DNA of 64,000 nucleotides from Schmidtea polychroa (taxonomy: Eukaryota), in assembly GCA_044892525.1 (NCBI GenBank), contig CM097885.1, positions 67,580,001 to 67,644,000 of the forward strand. Direction: 5' to 3'. This document shows, in pieces, positions 37,411 to 49,564 of this stretch. A program made the translations under genes and the position numbers. Below the pieces are notes generated by a model, which worked only from the letters and a program-made list of their open reading frames with translations, did not search any database and had not been told where the DNA came from. The stretch's first letter is position 1, and each line of letters opens with the position of its first letter.

Positions 37411-40275
37411 TGACACTTTTGATTTCTTTTTTCAAATATTAATAAATAATAAAGACTTGTAGATTGAATACTTGTTAATCAACAAAATTTCTTTACCAAT
37501 TTCGTTTAATATTCAAATCAAATCGTTTTTTTCAAAATTAAAAACAACAAACTACATGGGTGTTGTATGTTTTAGAGTGCGTACCTTGTTTTGCCAAAAA
37601 GTTGATCGTGTTTGATCGTTCTAAATTAAAACTTCTTCCAGATTGACTCTCGGAGGTTGATGAAAATTCGGTTATGATTGTATTAGGCGAATATATTGAA
37701 TTTTAGTTCAATTTATATACTGAATTTAGAAATTTTCTACACAGCCCCAAACAGCGAACTCTCTTCTTGCCGTAATAATGAATGTCACTCTTGTGATCTA
37801 GTGGGTGATCGTTAGCAAAAGGCTTGTCTTACTTCTAGGGCTACGCACCTTTGGGTCCATATGCTTACCATAGAAGGTACATTTTCCCTAATTCATCATT
37901 GTCCCCTTATCACTGAAATTCATGCAAATATATGTTATTAGTTAGAACTATTATCATTTCATACCCGATCATAGATTTTCAATAATTTTTTAAATAACTA
38001 TAGAAAATATTTTTGGTGGGTTACAGGTAAGGAAAATCTTTCACTCCTGGATTCTCATCTTGTCAACACCTTCACTATATTCGCATTTCCTCAGCAACTG
38101 CACATAATTATTTTTGAGTTGGCCATTAAAAAAGCGACGTTGGTATTGAGATTTAGCGAGTGAATGTTAAGAAAAGGTGAGCCCTACCACAAAGACCTCT
38201 AATGTCCTGGCGAGCCTCTTGGTTTATGGGTTACTGTAGAAGGTTTCGTGCCTCATTTTCTCTTGTCCCTTCATCGTTTTATGATTTACTAATAATAATG
38301 TATCACCTAGAGTTTTCATCTTTGGAAAATTGTCGAACCGTTCAATTGAGTAAAAAACTAGCCTTGGAACGCGAAAATAAGTTTTATGTATTACAATCAA
38401 TCACTTTTATTAATTGCATTAATTATAACAGAAAACAAGATAGAATATCAAATGTATGTAAAATAATGCAAATAAAATTAAAATGTGAACGTTTCTCATG
38501 TCACACTGACAAATATATATATGAAAATAAATTATAGGTATCAAATTATTTTTTATTTACTGCTAGTAGGCAGATGTTAGAACAGTTCCATGATAGTTAA
38601 TCACGCCACATTTAAACAACGAAACTTAATCACGCGACAGATTATCACTCACCAGATAATCACGCGACACTTAATCACAAATAAATAATGTTAACGACCT
38701 AAAAAGTGCTGGGCACCTGGGGGTGTGTCATCCTTAGTTCAAATATATTTAGTTCAACTACGGTTGACAACAAATTTTTGGGGTAATTTCGAGAAAGAAA
38801 CAAGAAACACAAGAAACACGGTCTCGTGCCGGTTAGTGGGAGATTCGGTTTCAACGTCAACTAAACAAATACATTTGGTAATAACATTCACATCAAAATA
38901 GCTATGGTAAATTGACGATCACGCAATCTCTGTCGGGTCTCGCATTCTATTTCTGTACATTTATTCATCATTAGTTTAGGGGTACTTATTTCCGACCTTT
39001 CATTACAACAGCGGGAGTGAGACTTGAACTGGCTACTTACCTCTTTCGGTAAGTGAAAATCAAATAATAGTTTGCAGTTGATTACCTATGATACCTAATG
39101 TTAGCAAGTTGTATTGGTTCGCAGGGCTAAACTAAAATTGTCTGGGAATTTACTAATCCACTCGGATTCCGCTTCTCCTATCTTTCTCCTATCTCCTATC
39201 TTCGCCTGGCCATTAGAAATGGGATTTTTTTGAATAGAAATTTACGTGGTACCCCATCAAACACCCTGCTTGTAGATCGAAAATTGCACACAATAGTCTT
39301 ACGAACTGTATCTTACTCGACATTCTCTCATTTATCAATTCGCATTAGTTACGCAATTGTTAGTTAGCAATTGAAATAATTTCACATCAATTTTTATTTG
39401 TAATTAAAAATGGGTATTTTGAGGATTTAACTACTGAATTTAAAAAATCAATGACATTTGTTGATAATGACGAATAGTTCTAGCAGTTGAAATTGATGAA
39501 TCAGAATATATTTTTACTCTCACTGTAAACACTTATGCCCTACATGTAGAGGTCTGTTTATTTATTACATCAATTTGGAAATCCGAAATGGTAACAAATC
39601 ACTCAACTTTGCTGTGAGGGTAACATCCTGTTTAGATTTGATGGACAAACAGATGATGACTGTCGGTGGTGATTTATCAGACGGACGATGAATCCATTAA
39701 ATTTTACGGGCACTAATGCAATGATACACCCAGCTGGTTATGCTGGCGGCGGTGAAAGTTCAACTGATCTACGGAAGTTTATTAGATAATTCGCGTTGAA
39801 TTTTCAAATCTAAACTGCGTACAATTCTTGGGTGATCGTGATATTCACGCCAATTGCGGATGACTGATGACTTTGTTGACTGTATTAGAAAATTACGATT
39901 AATAGATCGATCGGCTGCAATTGTGTAAAGTCAAATCTGGAATGTCTTAGCAACTTTACGAAAAAGTGTCAACGAAGATGATGCGGTATTAACCTCGATC
40001 AATAGACATGAAGAGTCAAGAATTTCATCATACTCGTGTGACGACTACAGTTATGTTATGGAAAAGAGACGGAAAAATTATAACTCGAGACAGATCCATC
40101 GCTGATTCGAAGAATGCTCATCATAGCTCCACCTTATTCCACTATCAATTTTTTACTCTAATTCTCCTCCATCTATATTCATGACGTAACCATTGGTGGG
40201 TTGCAGGAGGTCAGACATCTCACCCTATCGTGCTGTTTCCAGCGTAACCCAGAATACAAGGTTGATCCTACCAAT

Positions 40276-40405
40276 TGACACCCGATGAGTGATGATCGTT
40301 GGTAATGTATCAACTGGGTGAGTACTCGCAAAAAGTGAGCGCACTAGCATTATAATTGTCGGGTACTCTTTGGGTCCACGGACTATTGATAGAAGATATA
40401 TGTCC
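40276..40405 (-). ncRNA. Diverged copy of motif A (A6)
   Basis: ACCCG-[CGAT..ATCG hairpin]-TTGGTA.TG.A.CA, GGTGAG and GATAGAAG. It sits in the same position relative to an ORF-family member as A1-A3. Confidence 0.5.
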
Positions 40406-40538
40406 GATTTCATTGGTCCCTTGACTCTATTGTTTTCCAAAATCGCACAACTTTTCACTCAACCTCCGACATCCGACATGCATGACTTTAGCATCAAAAA
40501 TTTTCACTTTTATTTACAAATTAATCATATTCTGTTCA

Positions 40539-40978
40539 TTAACCATCAAGCGGTTTTAACTTCGATGATTCCGGTTCGAATCCTTGTTCGGCCAGCCGCA
40601 GTCGTTTTAATCGCTCGCGACAATCTCGACCTAGCCGCTTTCGTTTGGCCTTAGGCTTGGCTGGGTGGATTTCGTTCAGTTCCGTAGTCATTGGTCGGAT
40701 GGCTGCCGTGACGTGTTCGTCTATTGTCTTCTGATTCAGCCGCGTTTCCATGGCCGGCATCTGTAATTTCAGGGCGCGTATTTTGATTTGTCTTGAGCGC
40801 TCTGGAGCTGCAACTGCTCGATCTGCTTTAAATGTTTGTGCACTACTTCGGGACGAAACCAAGTTTGCTCTATGTTCCGGCAGCGTTCTTTAAACTTGTT
40901 GATGTTGGATTGAAGTCACTCGACCTGTTGCTGAGCCTGCACTCTATCTTTTCGGAGACCTTCGAATAGCTTGTACAC
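40539..40978 (-). pseudogene. Disrupted, distant member of the orphan ORF family
   Basis: LQSNINKFKERCRNIEQTWFRP ~ LQAQIGRYKRKIDELEGTWFSP. Basic patch KPKAKRKRLGRDCRERLKR. One in-frame stop and a frameshift. AG acceptor at about 40978. Confidence 0.55.
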
Positions 40979-41329
40979 TAAATTATAACATACTTAAAGG
41001 CATTCCCAAAACTCAACTCTCTCGGTATATACAATCCCCATGCACACTTAAAAAAATAAAATAATTCATTATGACGGGTAAACCAATTTTATTTATTAAT
41101 AATAGGTAAAGTATAAACTACAATGTCAAGGGAATAGAACACAAAGCAATCACAAAAAGAAAAATTGTTATTGTTATTCAGGTCCAATCACATGTCCATA
41201 TTCAACTGCGTGGAGTCGTCTTGCGGGGTACCGGGGAGTCCTTTCCATCGCCAGTGCCACTAGGGGTTGCCCTCCCCATTGACTTACCTTCCCTGAGTAC
41301 CCAAGATGACTTATTGAAATATTCCTTCC

Positions 41330-41466
41330 TGTGTACCTATGACAACGAGTCATGTTGGTGCTGTACACCGAGGTTGGAAGCCGTGAGCAGGTGAGCTCTA
41401 TTACTAAAACTACTCCCCACAGCGTTCGCGGTTCGAGTTCTGGAATGCCATAGGAGGACTTACATC
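41330..41466 (-). ncRNA. Diverged copy of motif A (A4)
   Basis: CAAC..GTTGGT.CTGTAC, GAGCAGGTGAGCT, ACTACTCC and GGACTTAC, all collinear with A1-A3. Confidence 0.6.
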
Positions 41467-41658
41467 ATCCAATAGCCTGCCTCAGGTCCAAGTGAGGTAT
41501 TTCATTCTTTTCGACTAAGTTGTACTGATGTCTTTTCCATTATTGATTCAATAATCAACTCATAACGAGACAACGTTAAACATTTAATTACATTACATTT
41601 GATTTCGAGCTACATGAATCAACTAAAGACATGAACAAAAATAGACTACGTAATAAAT

Positions 41659-43270
41659 ATGTATCAAATGTCACAACCCGGAACTAATCCTACTTCCTAT
41701 ATTAACTCAAATAAATTGAATCATAAAGATGTTAAAGCTACCTTCACTAACAACTATACTTATCATAAATCTCTTTCTCCCAAAAATATGAAAGCCAATT
41801 ATTATAATAATAAAGAAAAATTGCAATATAATACTTCAAATCTCTATGAAACTATTCCTAATAAAAATACTAATAAACCAAACTACAATATTACTAACTC
41901 TAATGATTCCTACAAATATTTAAACAACCCAAATTATGATAGCCAAACTACCTTTTATAATATCCCCAATGATACGAATACCTCGAACTCTAAAACAAAT
42001 TCTTATAATAATAATAATAACCCAAATTCTAGACAATATAATTTAAAAATGAACTCTAATAATTATAATTACTCAAAAACAAATAAAGTAAATAATGATA
42101 ATCCAAATAATTATAATTCAAATACTAACCCTAATAATAATAATCCAAATTCTAGATATAATAATTTAAATGCTAACTCTAATAATAATAACTTTAATTA
42201 CTCCAAAACCAATAAAGTAAATAATGATAATCCAAATTATTATAATTCAAATACCAACTCTAATAATAATAATTTTAACTCCAAATTCAATAAAATAAAT
42301 AATAATTATGAAATCCCTAATAATAAAATTACTTTAAATTACATTGAAAACTTAATTAATTCCAACAATAATAAATTAATTTTAAATATAGAAAATAGCA
42401 TAAACAAATATTTGTTTAAATCAGGTAATTTTCAGAATATTACAGAATTTAAAATGCCTGAAAAATTTTTTTGCCCTCTTTCGAAGGGCAAAGCTATTGA
42501 TAGAAGACCCAGCTCATCGGCCTGCGGCCGATTCGCATACCTTGACACTATCCCTATTAACCATGACCATAACAGTGAGACACGCATAACTAAACCCCCC
42601 ACTTCCAATAGTCCAAAATATAATAATAAAATGTTTAAAAAACAATTAAATAGGTTAACCAACGCTCATTGAAATATATTTAAGAAAAACCCAGACCACT
42701 ATTTGACCTTAATGCAGACCATTGACACACTCGAACAAATAACCCCATCTGCCTCACCTACAGATACACCTACCGCACCAGATAGTAATTCCCATATCAA
42801 TATGATAGATGAATGCAATACTAAAGAAATTAATCCCACTACCCCCATTAATCCCATCACAGAAATAAGCAACCCCAATACTAATACCAAACTCCCAACT
42901 ATCCAACTAAATAGGCAATTAAAAAAACTTTTTAACACTAATACATCACTAAGGCCACACTTCTCTAAGCCGATCCCAAATCCAACCCAAAATAAACCAA
43001 TGCCTGTTGCACCAACCCCTAATGATAGTCACGCTAAACTAACAACTCCCCCTACCGCTAACTCCCCCACTCTTACAAATAAGGACAAACGTACCCATAA
43101 ACTCAACCTAATGTATAAGATAAAATCCAAATATTTCTACTATAATAAATTTAATGCTAGTATTAAGTCAGGTCTCAAAAAACGTGAGAATAACACTACG
43201 AACAATAATCAAAATAATGTTAACTCTAATATTAACGATAAAAATAGTAACAATAATAATAATAATGTTA
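41659..43270 (+). pseudogene. Long Asn-rich/Pro-Thr-rich reading frame with one in-frame stop (42670-42672), possibly the ORF1/N-terminus of a non-LTR element
   Basis: ORFs 41659 and 42703 are in the same frame. Internal ~120-bp duplication at about 42053-42258. A/C-rich strand bias like the NeSL element. Runs into a gap. No domain recognised. Confidence 0.4.
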
Positions 43271-43680
43271 ANNNNNNNNNNNNNNNNNNNNNNNNNNNNN
43301 NNNNNNNNNNNNNNNNNNNNNNNNNNNNNNNNNNNNNNNNNNNNNNNNNNNNNNNNNNNNNNNNNNNNNNNNNNNNNNNNNNNNNNNNNNNNNNNNNNNN
43401 NNNNNNNNNNNTCAATGATCATGAGATAATTAACTCTAATATAGAAAACTGTATACCCACCGACCCCTGCCTTGAAGTATCTATTATTCTTCCGTCTAGA
43501 TATCGACCCTCTCCTCTCGATGATACACCATCATCCTTCCATCTTATCTGCGGTCAGAGACCTGCATCCTGTTGTTGCGAGTACGCGACTCGGATGACCC
43601 CTTTCTAGTGCAGCTTTAGTCTAGAGGATGAACGCCCACCTCGATTTCGCCCGTCATTTATATGGTCATCGCCGAGCGGG

Positions 43681-43846
43681 ACCCGTACATAACCTACACT
43701 CCAACATAGCACCCGTGAATTGCTTCACGTTGGAACTGTGCCATGCCGGCGAGACGCCAGTAAGCAGGTGAGCCAGCTCATTCGGACTACTCCTTACTGA
43801 GGCCTCGACTTTCCAACCCTGACTGCCGATAGAAGGACTTACGTCT
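43681..43846 (-). ncRNA. Conserved structured motif A (A3)
   Basis: GCAA-loop hairpin at 43714-43729, with the same stems as A1/A2. Confidence 0.7.
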
Positions 43847-44139
43847 ACTCATTCCGTCGCCCCATCGCAATGTTTCTAGCTGAGTTTGTCAACTGACTAA
43901 TGCTCCTCATAATTTTGTGACTCTCAATACCATTTACCAATTTCAACTCAACTGTCCTAAGATGAACACAAAAAAAAACGTATGCAGACAAAAATGGTTT
44001 ATTATTAAGATTATCACACAAATATATCTAACACCTATACAATACAATTCACGACAACAGGAAAAGAGACAAAGGTAAAAATGTTATCAGACAATGTTCG
44101 GGTCATTTCAGAGAACGAAAACCTTTTACGGAGAAGTTC

Positions 44140-44889
44140 TCATTTCTCCCACTCCGAGTCTGCCAATAGATCTTCCAAATCGAAAAATTCAGAGGCGTTT
44201 TCCTCCCAGGTTACACCAGCGGCGGAGATGATTCGCCCTGAGATCACTGATGCTAGATCGATTGCTGCAGGAGGGTTGATGACTTTGATTGGATGATTCG
44301 GCGATTTCTGGTTCTGTTTGGCGGTTACGCGTTCCCGCTGTTTCCTTTTGCGTTCGGCTCTCGATAATTGCCGACGCTTTGGCTTCGATGCCGTTTGATT
44401 GGTCGGGGGTGCTGCAGAGGTAGATGCTATCGCAGGTAGCACTTTACTGGTTCCGGTAAAGATGATTTCTGGTTCTTTAGGTGAGAGCTCGGTCTCTACG
44501 CACCCATGGCAGGACTTTCCGACTGGAGAAGAAGACCCGCCAGAAATGTCATGGTGCGCCGGGAAAAGATTTCCGGCTTCATTAAGTGGGATCTTCGCGA
44601 TCTTCCTTGTGGTTGCTGCCTGGACGTATAATTTGTGCAGCGCCTCCGACTGCTCTTTTATTAGGCTCCTCTGCGCCCGACTCTCGGAAATTAACGCGTC
44701 TCTACAGTGCTCGCTTCGGTGCAGCTTCTTCTGAGCCTCCTTCATCTGGGTGGGACTAAACCATGTCCCCTCTAACTCATCTATTTTTCTTTTGTGCTTT
44801 CCGATTTGGGCCTGGAGCTCTTTGATAATTGAATTCTTGTCGGAACAAGAAAAACAAGGTCGAAGAACGGTCTTGGGATTTGGCAGCAT
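44140..44889 (-). CDS. Orphan 249-aa protein, copy 3
   Basis: Intact ORF. Acceptor TTTCCTTCTTAG (AG at 44899-44900) 9 nt before the ATG. AATAAA at about 43998. Confidence 0.85.
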   Translation of the reverse strand: MLPNPKTVLRPCFSCSDKNSIIKELQAQIGKHKRKIDELEGTWFSPTQMKEAQKKLHRSEHCRDALISESRAQRSLIKEQSEALHKLYVQAATTRKIAKIPLNEAGNLFPAHHDISGGSSSPVGKSCHGCVETELSPKEPEIIFTGTSKVLPAIASTSAAPPTNQTASKPKRRQLSRAERKRKQRERVTAKQNQKSPNHPIKVINPPAAIDLASVISGRIISAAGVTWEENASEFFDLEDLLADSEWEK

Positions 44890-46662
44890 TTGTAGTGACT
44901 AAGAAGGAAAGATGGAAAATGAACACACATTAAATCAATGAGAGTGTCATCATTTACCCACCTCCATATTTTACTAATCATAGACGAAAATATGGGTTTA
45001 TCATTCAAAGAGATCCTACCACCCTATGGATCCTCATCTCTTTTGGGGTCATTAATTATAAGCAGATGAATCAATCAAGCCGGATTTCGGACAAGGGAGG
45101 GGAGATAGTACCACTAGTGAGAGAATTTATAGGTCGAGGAAATTATTATTTATTTAATTCGCTTGAAGTCACTAATTAACGTGCGCAGAGAATCGAGTTA
45201 GATCGTTGGTTTTCCTCTTAGAGGAGGATTTTGTTGAGTGTATTATATACTGGGTCGAGTAAATATCTACGGTAAAGGGGGTTCATAATGCACTCTAATT
45301 AGTTCATACATGATGAACGGGAGGTTGTTTAATTTTTCGATTATTTGTTAATTCTCTCAAATTATCCACATATTTGTTTTATCTTGTTAAAATAATACTT
45401 GTTTAATAATAGTTGATATTAATGCTAATAATAATTAGGTCAAAAAAAATTGAAATAGGTTTTGTGTCATTCATATTAAGATAATAAAAGACAAATAATA
45501 ATAATTATAATTGGTATTAGCATCAAAAGATATTGTCGTTGTGATAGCTGAAAACGGTATCCATGCGAGATAGTAGCCGAGCATTCCTGCTAGGTAGATA
45601 AGGAAATGTCAGCCCGGTGGTTGGCTATTAATCCGGAGCGGTGAAATCTGATACCTGTCGGTGGTTTAATTAGCTAATGGAAATTCCATCTGGTATGTTC
45701 GGTCCGATTTTACATGAGTAGGGGCGGGTGTAACTTTACCCACTGTGCTTGGCTACTGTGTATGTCTGCAACTGGGTGACGCATGCAAGGTGCGCTTTCA
45801 CACACTTATTTATACTTATCGCTAGTAATGTAGGTTTTAAATGTTTGCATGCTGGCATTTTCTCGGGTTTTATCTACCGCGTAATTGCTCATAACTCTCC
45901 TGCATATGATGTTGATCTACTAATTCTCACCGAATTATTGGAAAAATTATGGTTCTCTATACCGCAATTGTTGGATATAGTTTGCTCCAAGGGTGGATTT
46001 TTTGTCTTTAACCCCTCAAACACGGTGTATCGATCTATTCCTTAAGTTCTGGATATTTTCTACCTATCCCTGCTGGATTTCCAACTCCATGGAATATTGG
46101 AATTTTATATTTAAGTAACAAGATCATCAGGCTAAATTGGAAAATTATGTTTTCTTGGCTCGAATTGGCTGCATTTCTCATTTTAAATTATTCGATGACA
46201 AGAGTTTATGTAATTATGATAATTAATTGAATGTAAATCCTTTTATATAAAATTCTAAAAATTAATTATAGTAAATCATCTTATGTAATTTAAAATTTTA
46301 TTTGGGACAAACTCGTTTTATGAAATTCCAAATAATTATCTGAAATCAATCATTTTACATGGTTCTACCATTTATTTGCAAGCAGTCAATTTAAGTAATC
46401 CTAATACTTATCTGAAGCAATCTACTTTGAACTCCCTTGCAACTATGTCTTTCAGAGAACTTTTAGATGAACGGAATAATAGTTCTAAAGGTCATAGGCT
46501 AAAAATTGGTCGGAACAGATTCAGAGTGAAAAGTAGGAACATTGGAGATATGTCACAGATAGCCTCACTAAGGTTCGAACAATTTTTGACGCACAACTTA
46601 CATCGATGATAGAGAAAATTTAGGCTTAGTAGAAACGATATTTGAGGACGATAGTGTGACAC

Positions 46663-46920
46663 CCTCAATCACTGCGCGAATACATAATAATTCTCGGATT
46701 CATTTATTCATATATCTCTGTTCTCGGTCACTGTATGACTATCAATTTTCTATCAAAATTTGCCTATAGATTTTAGTCGCACCTTCAGCGACGGACCCGT
46801 GAGGAAGCCCCCACATTACGGCCCGAATCAGCTGCGTGATTGAAATACCCTATGTCCACCGGTGGAGCTCCCGAAGGCACCTCACACCATGACATAGAGT
46901 ATCTCAACGCCACGTTTCTC
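46663..46920 (-). ncRNA. Conserved structured motif B (B3)
   Basis: Stem ATACCCTATGTC (46845-46856) / GACATAGAGTAT (46891-46902) with a C-G to T-A compensatory change relative to B2. cUUCGg loop. Confidence 0.72.
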
Positions 46921-47153
46921 GCAAAATTGAATAGTCTCCAGTAATAATTCATAAAAATAATTCGTAAAAGATCAATAATTCCTAACGAGCAAGTCATTTA
47001 TTATTAAGCAAATTATTAATTTAAATAGAGCATTCGAAAATCAAACGAAAAGAAAAACCATTCTTTAAATTAAAATTATTATTAGACTATACGCATTACT
47101 TAAAATTTCAAAATAAGAAATCACAAATCCTTACCGAATGATTGATATAAGTA

Positions 47154-47762
47154 TGGGCTGAGTCGAAAAAGGGTACTGTGTCGAATCAGTTAATGCTCGA
47201 ATATCGTCTAGTTCTGTAAAAATCTCTTGAATCTTGGAATTGTCCTCGTGAGTTATCGTGCGTTAGTTGCTGGATTTCTGTTCTGTCGTAGAATAGATTT
47301 ACCTATTGAGGTGGTTTGATTAACAGTAGTTGTTATTTAAATTTCACTTACCTATTGAGGTGGTTTGATTAACAGTAATTGTTATGTTTTTAATGCCTGC
47401 TTATATATTAATTTTTTGTTTACGCGGACCAATTAGAATTGAGTACCGCTTAATTTTATTAATTTAATTTATTTTCCTTGTTTTTGAGTTATTTCTTCTT
47501 ACTTTCTTTATTAAAATTATGTTTTTATTTATTTTCCTTAATTTTCTTATTATTTACTATATTTTACGTTGTTTTCTGTCATTCTATTGTCCTATTTTAA
47601 TTTTTCTCATCTTTATATTTTTTGTTTTAATTCTTATTTTCTAATTATTGTTTTTCTTATGTTTTATTCTATTTTATTTGTCAATTTATTTGTTTTTATT
47701 TTTTATTTTATTTTAGTTAAGCTTGCCCTAATTTCCCAACTACCCTTCGACTCAGCCCAACA
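47154..47762 (-). promoter_or_regulatory. IR-bounded promoter module of unit 3
   Basis: TGGGCTGAGTCGAA / TTCGACTCAGCCCA inverted repeats. CGGACCAATTAGA at about 47425-47437. TATATAAG on - at about 47400-47407. Consensus donor CAATAG|GTAAGT at about 47346-47357. Confidence 0.7.
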
Positions 47763-48079
47763 AATCACTCGGGGACCCATCAAAATTGCGTCCCGCAATT
47801 GCATAGTTATCTTACTTCATGCATTCATAAAAAGGATATATCGAAACAATTATACTACAAAAACAATTTTATTCTAAGATATAGGTCAAATCAAGACCAA
47901 GCAAGTATCACTTAAGGTGATAGTTTGTATATACAATAAAAGTTTCCACATATGATAACACCAATGTTTGAGTTAGAGTTTATGAACTGTTAACCATTTG
48001 ATGCTTCTGCTGGCGGTTGTTTGTTGGTTTGGGTATTGATGTTGAGATAGGTCTGACTGTTAGAATTCGGCTGGATTGG

Positions 48080-48634
48080 TTAGTTACTCGGGATTCGAGG
48101 TCGGAATGGGGTTGGGTTAAGATTTGTCAGTGGCACTTCTTGAGGATTTCTGTTCGAGATTACTCTTATTGATGTCGAGATTCTACATCTATTTCTAACT
48201 TCGTAAATCTTCATGAGTATTGGTAGACATAGGAGGAGGGTTTCTGCGATCACCACATATATGAGATAATGGGTGTCATTGATTTCGGGAGGTGTTTTTG
48301 GCTTTTCTACAAGATTTTCGAAATTCTCTTGTTGCATTTGTTGTTCTAACTGGTCGAATTGTTGGATTTGTTCGAGGATTTGTTTGTTTATCATTTTACA
48401 AATGGGATTCTTTTTACACATTGTTTGGATGTTGTTGATGTGTGATCGGGTTGATTGAATGGTTTGGATGATATGGATTTTTACTGTCATAGGGTATGTG
48501 CATTGGCTGGATTCTTGTTTAGGTTCTTGATTTTGATTGCGGTAATCTCGTACGATTTTCGGTTGGGCGTTTACTTGTTTGTTCTCCATCAGAATTATCA
48601 ATACCGTCATTGTTATCATCATCTCGCCTCGCAT
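48080..48634 (-). CDS. Small predicted type I membrane protein (signal peptide, Gln-rich coiled coil, TM)
   Basis: Hydrophobic N-terminus MMITMTVLIILMENKQVNA. TM segment YLIYVVIAETLLLCLPILM. ATG at 48634 follows an AG acceptor at 48639-48640. Confidence 0.65.
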   Translation of the reverse strand: MRGEMMITMTVLIILMENKQVNAQPKIVRDYRNQNQEPKQESSQCTYPMTVKIHIIQTIQSTRSHINNIQTMCKKNPICKMINKQILEQIQQFDQLEQQMQQENFENLVEKPKTPPEINDTHYLIYVVIAETLLLCLPILMKIYEVRNRCRISTSIRVISNRNPQEVPLTNLNPTPFRPRIPSN

Positions 48635-48690
48635 GATACTATTATACATTCATTAGGTTTTATTTACAATTGGTTTTAGTGACCCTTAAT

Positions 48691-49395
48691 TTAATGGTTC
48701 TGATTTGGGTTATTTTCGGCGATTCTCATCAAGGTGGATTCTGCTTTAATGACCCTGTGTCTTAACTCGGGCAGCATTTCCAACTGTCTGTTCTTTTCAC
48801 GGGCCTCCCTTTTCATGTGCCTTATCTCCTTTTTCAGTCTTCTAATTTCTTCCCGTTTTTTGTCGAGATTCCTTTTTAGTTCGATTTGTAGGAAGTCTTG
48901 TTCATTTTCCTGCGAAAGGTTTCGTTGTTGTTGTTGTTGTTTTCCCTCGATCTCTTGGTATTTGCGAATCCATTTCTTCATTTCCTCACTTTCTCGTTGT
49001 TTTTCCTCCAATTGTCGATTTAGTTTATTTATAGTTATTTGGTGTTCTTTCGCCTCTGTTTTCCAATAATCCTGGATTACTTCTTCTGCCTTGAAGCTTG
49101 CCCTCTCTTGCCATAGTTCCTCTGCAATCTTTTCCCAGTTTCTTCCTCGTGTTCGTTGTTCTTGCAGCCATTCATTCTTCTCTTCAGCTTCTCTCTTTAT
49201 TTCTCCTAGCACTTCGCACTCCTTCTTTAGTATTTTAATCATTTTTCGGTCTTCTATATATTTGTTTACTAGTCTCTCGTTTTCGTACTTCTCTTCCCGT
49301 AACTTGGCCTTTAACGTTTGTGTTTCTGTTGTTTCTGCCTCAATCTCTCCCTCTTCTACGTCGCTCGTAATTTCTATTATTTCCTCGATTTTCAT
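48691..49395 (-). CDS. Glu/Lys/Gln-rich coiled-coil protein
   Basis: Open frame 48691-49449. The likely start is MKIEE at 49395, 2 nt after the acceptor CATATTACAG. Confidence 0.7.
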   Translation of the reverse strand: MKIEEIIEITSDVEEGEIEAETTETQTLKAKLREEKYENERLVNKYIEDRKMIKILKKECEVLGEIKREAEEKNEWLQEQRTRGRNWEKIAEELWQERASFKAEEVIQDYWKTEAKEHQITINKLNRQLEEKQRESEEMKKWIRKYQEIEGKQQQQQRNLSQENEQDFLQIELKRNLDKKREEIRRLKKEIRHMKREAREKNRQLEMLPELRHRVIKAESTLMRIAENNPNQNH

Positions 49396-49564
49396 ATCTG
49401 TAATATGTACAGTTAATGGTGCGCTATAGTGCGACTTATACATATACATTTATATAAAATTTAATAGTTCGGGTTACAGTCCCTCGAATACTTTTATAAT
49501 ACTTTAATTTTTTTTTTGTTTGGGATATACGTCCCGATTTTTGTTTTCATCTTTTTATTCACCC

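Larger units (their letters stand above)
43570..47762 (-). mobile_element. 4.2-kb TG...CA unit 3 (candidate 3' LTR of the adjacent giant Gypsy element)
   Basis: TGTTG...CAACA ends, collinear with units 1 and 2. No TSD (ATCC vs AATC). Lies about 320 bp downstream of the last Gypsy-cassette ORF, in the same orientation. Confidence 0.75.

Noticed and set aside
38590-38680. Short repeats of TTAATCACGCGACA, and TGCTGGGCACC at 38707 resembling the unit 1 end
   Set aside because: Probably subterminal repeats of a decayed transposon. No motif A follows, no partner end was found, and the match is too short.
43154-43429. ORFs spanning N-runs (also 62746-63181)
   Set aside because: Artefacts of assembly gaps.
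45749-46045. Spacer ORF with LLDIV...TVYRS resembling a Penelope RT motif (weak echo at 26118-26309)
   Set aside because: No YVDD or other RT motifs, stops in all frames, and no clear match in unit 1.
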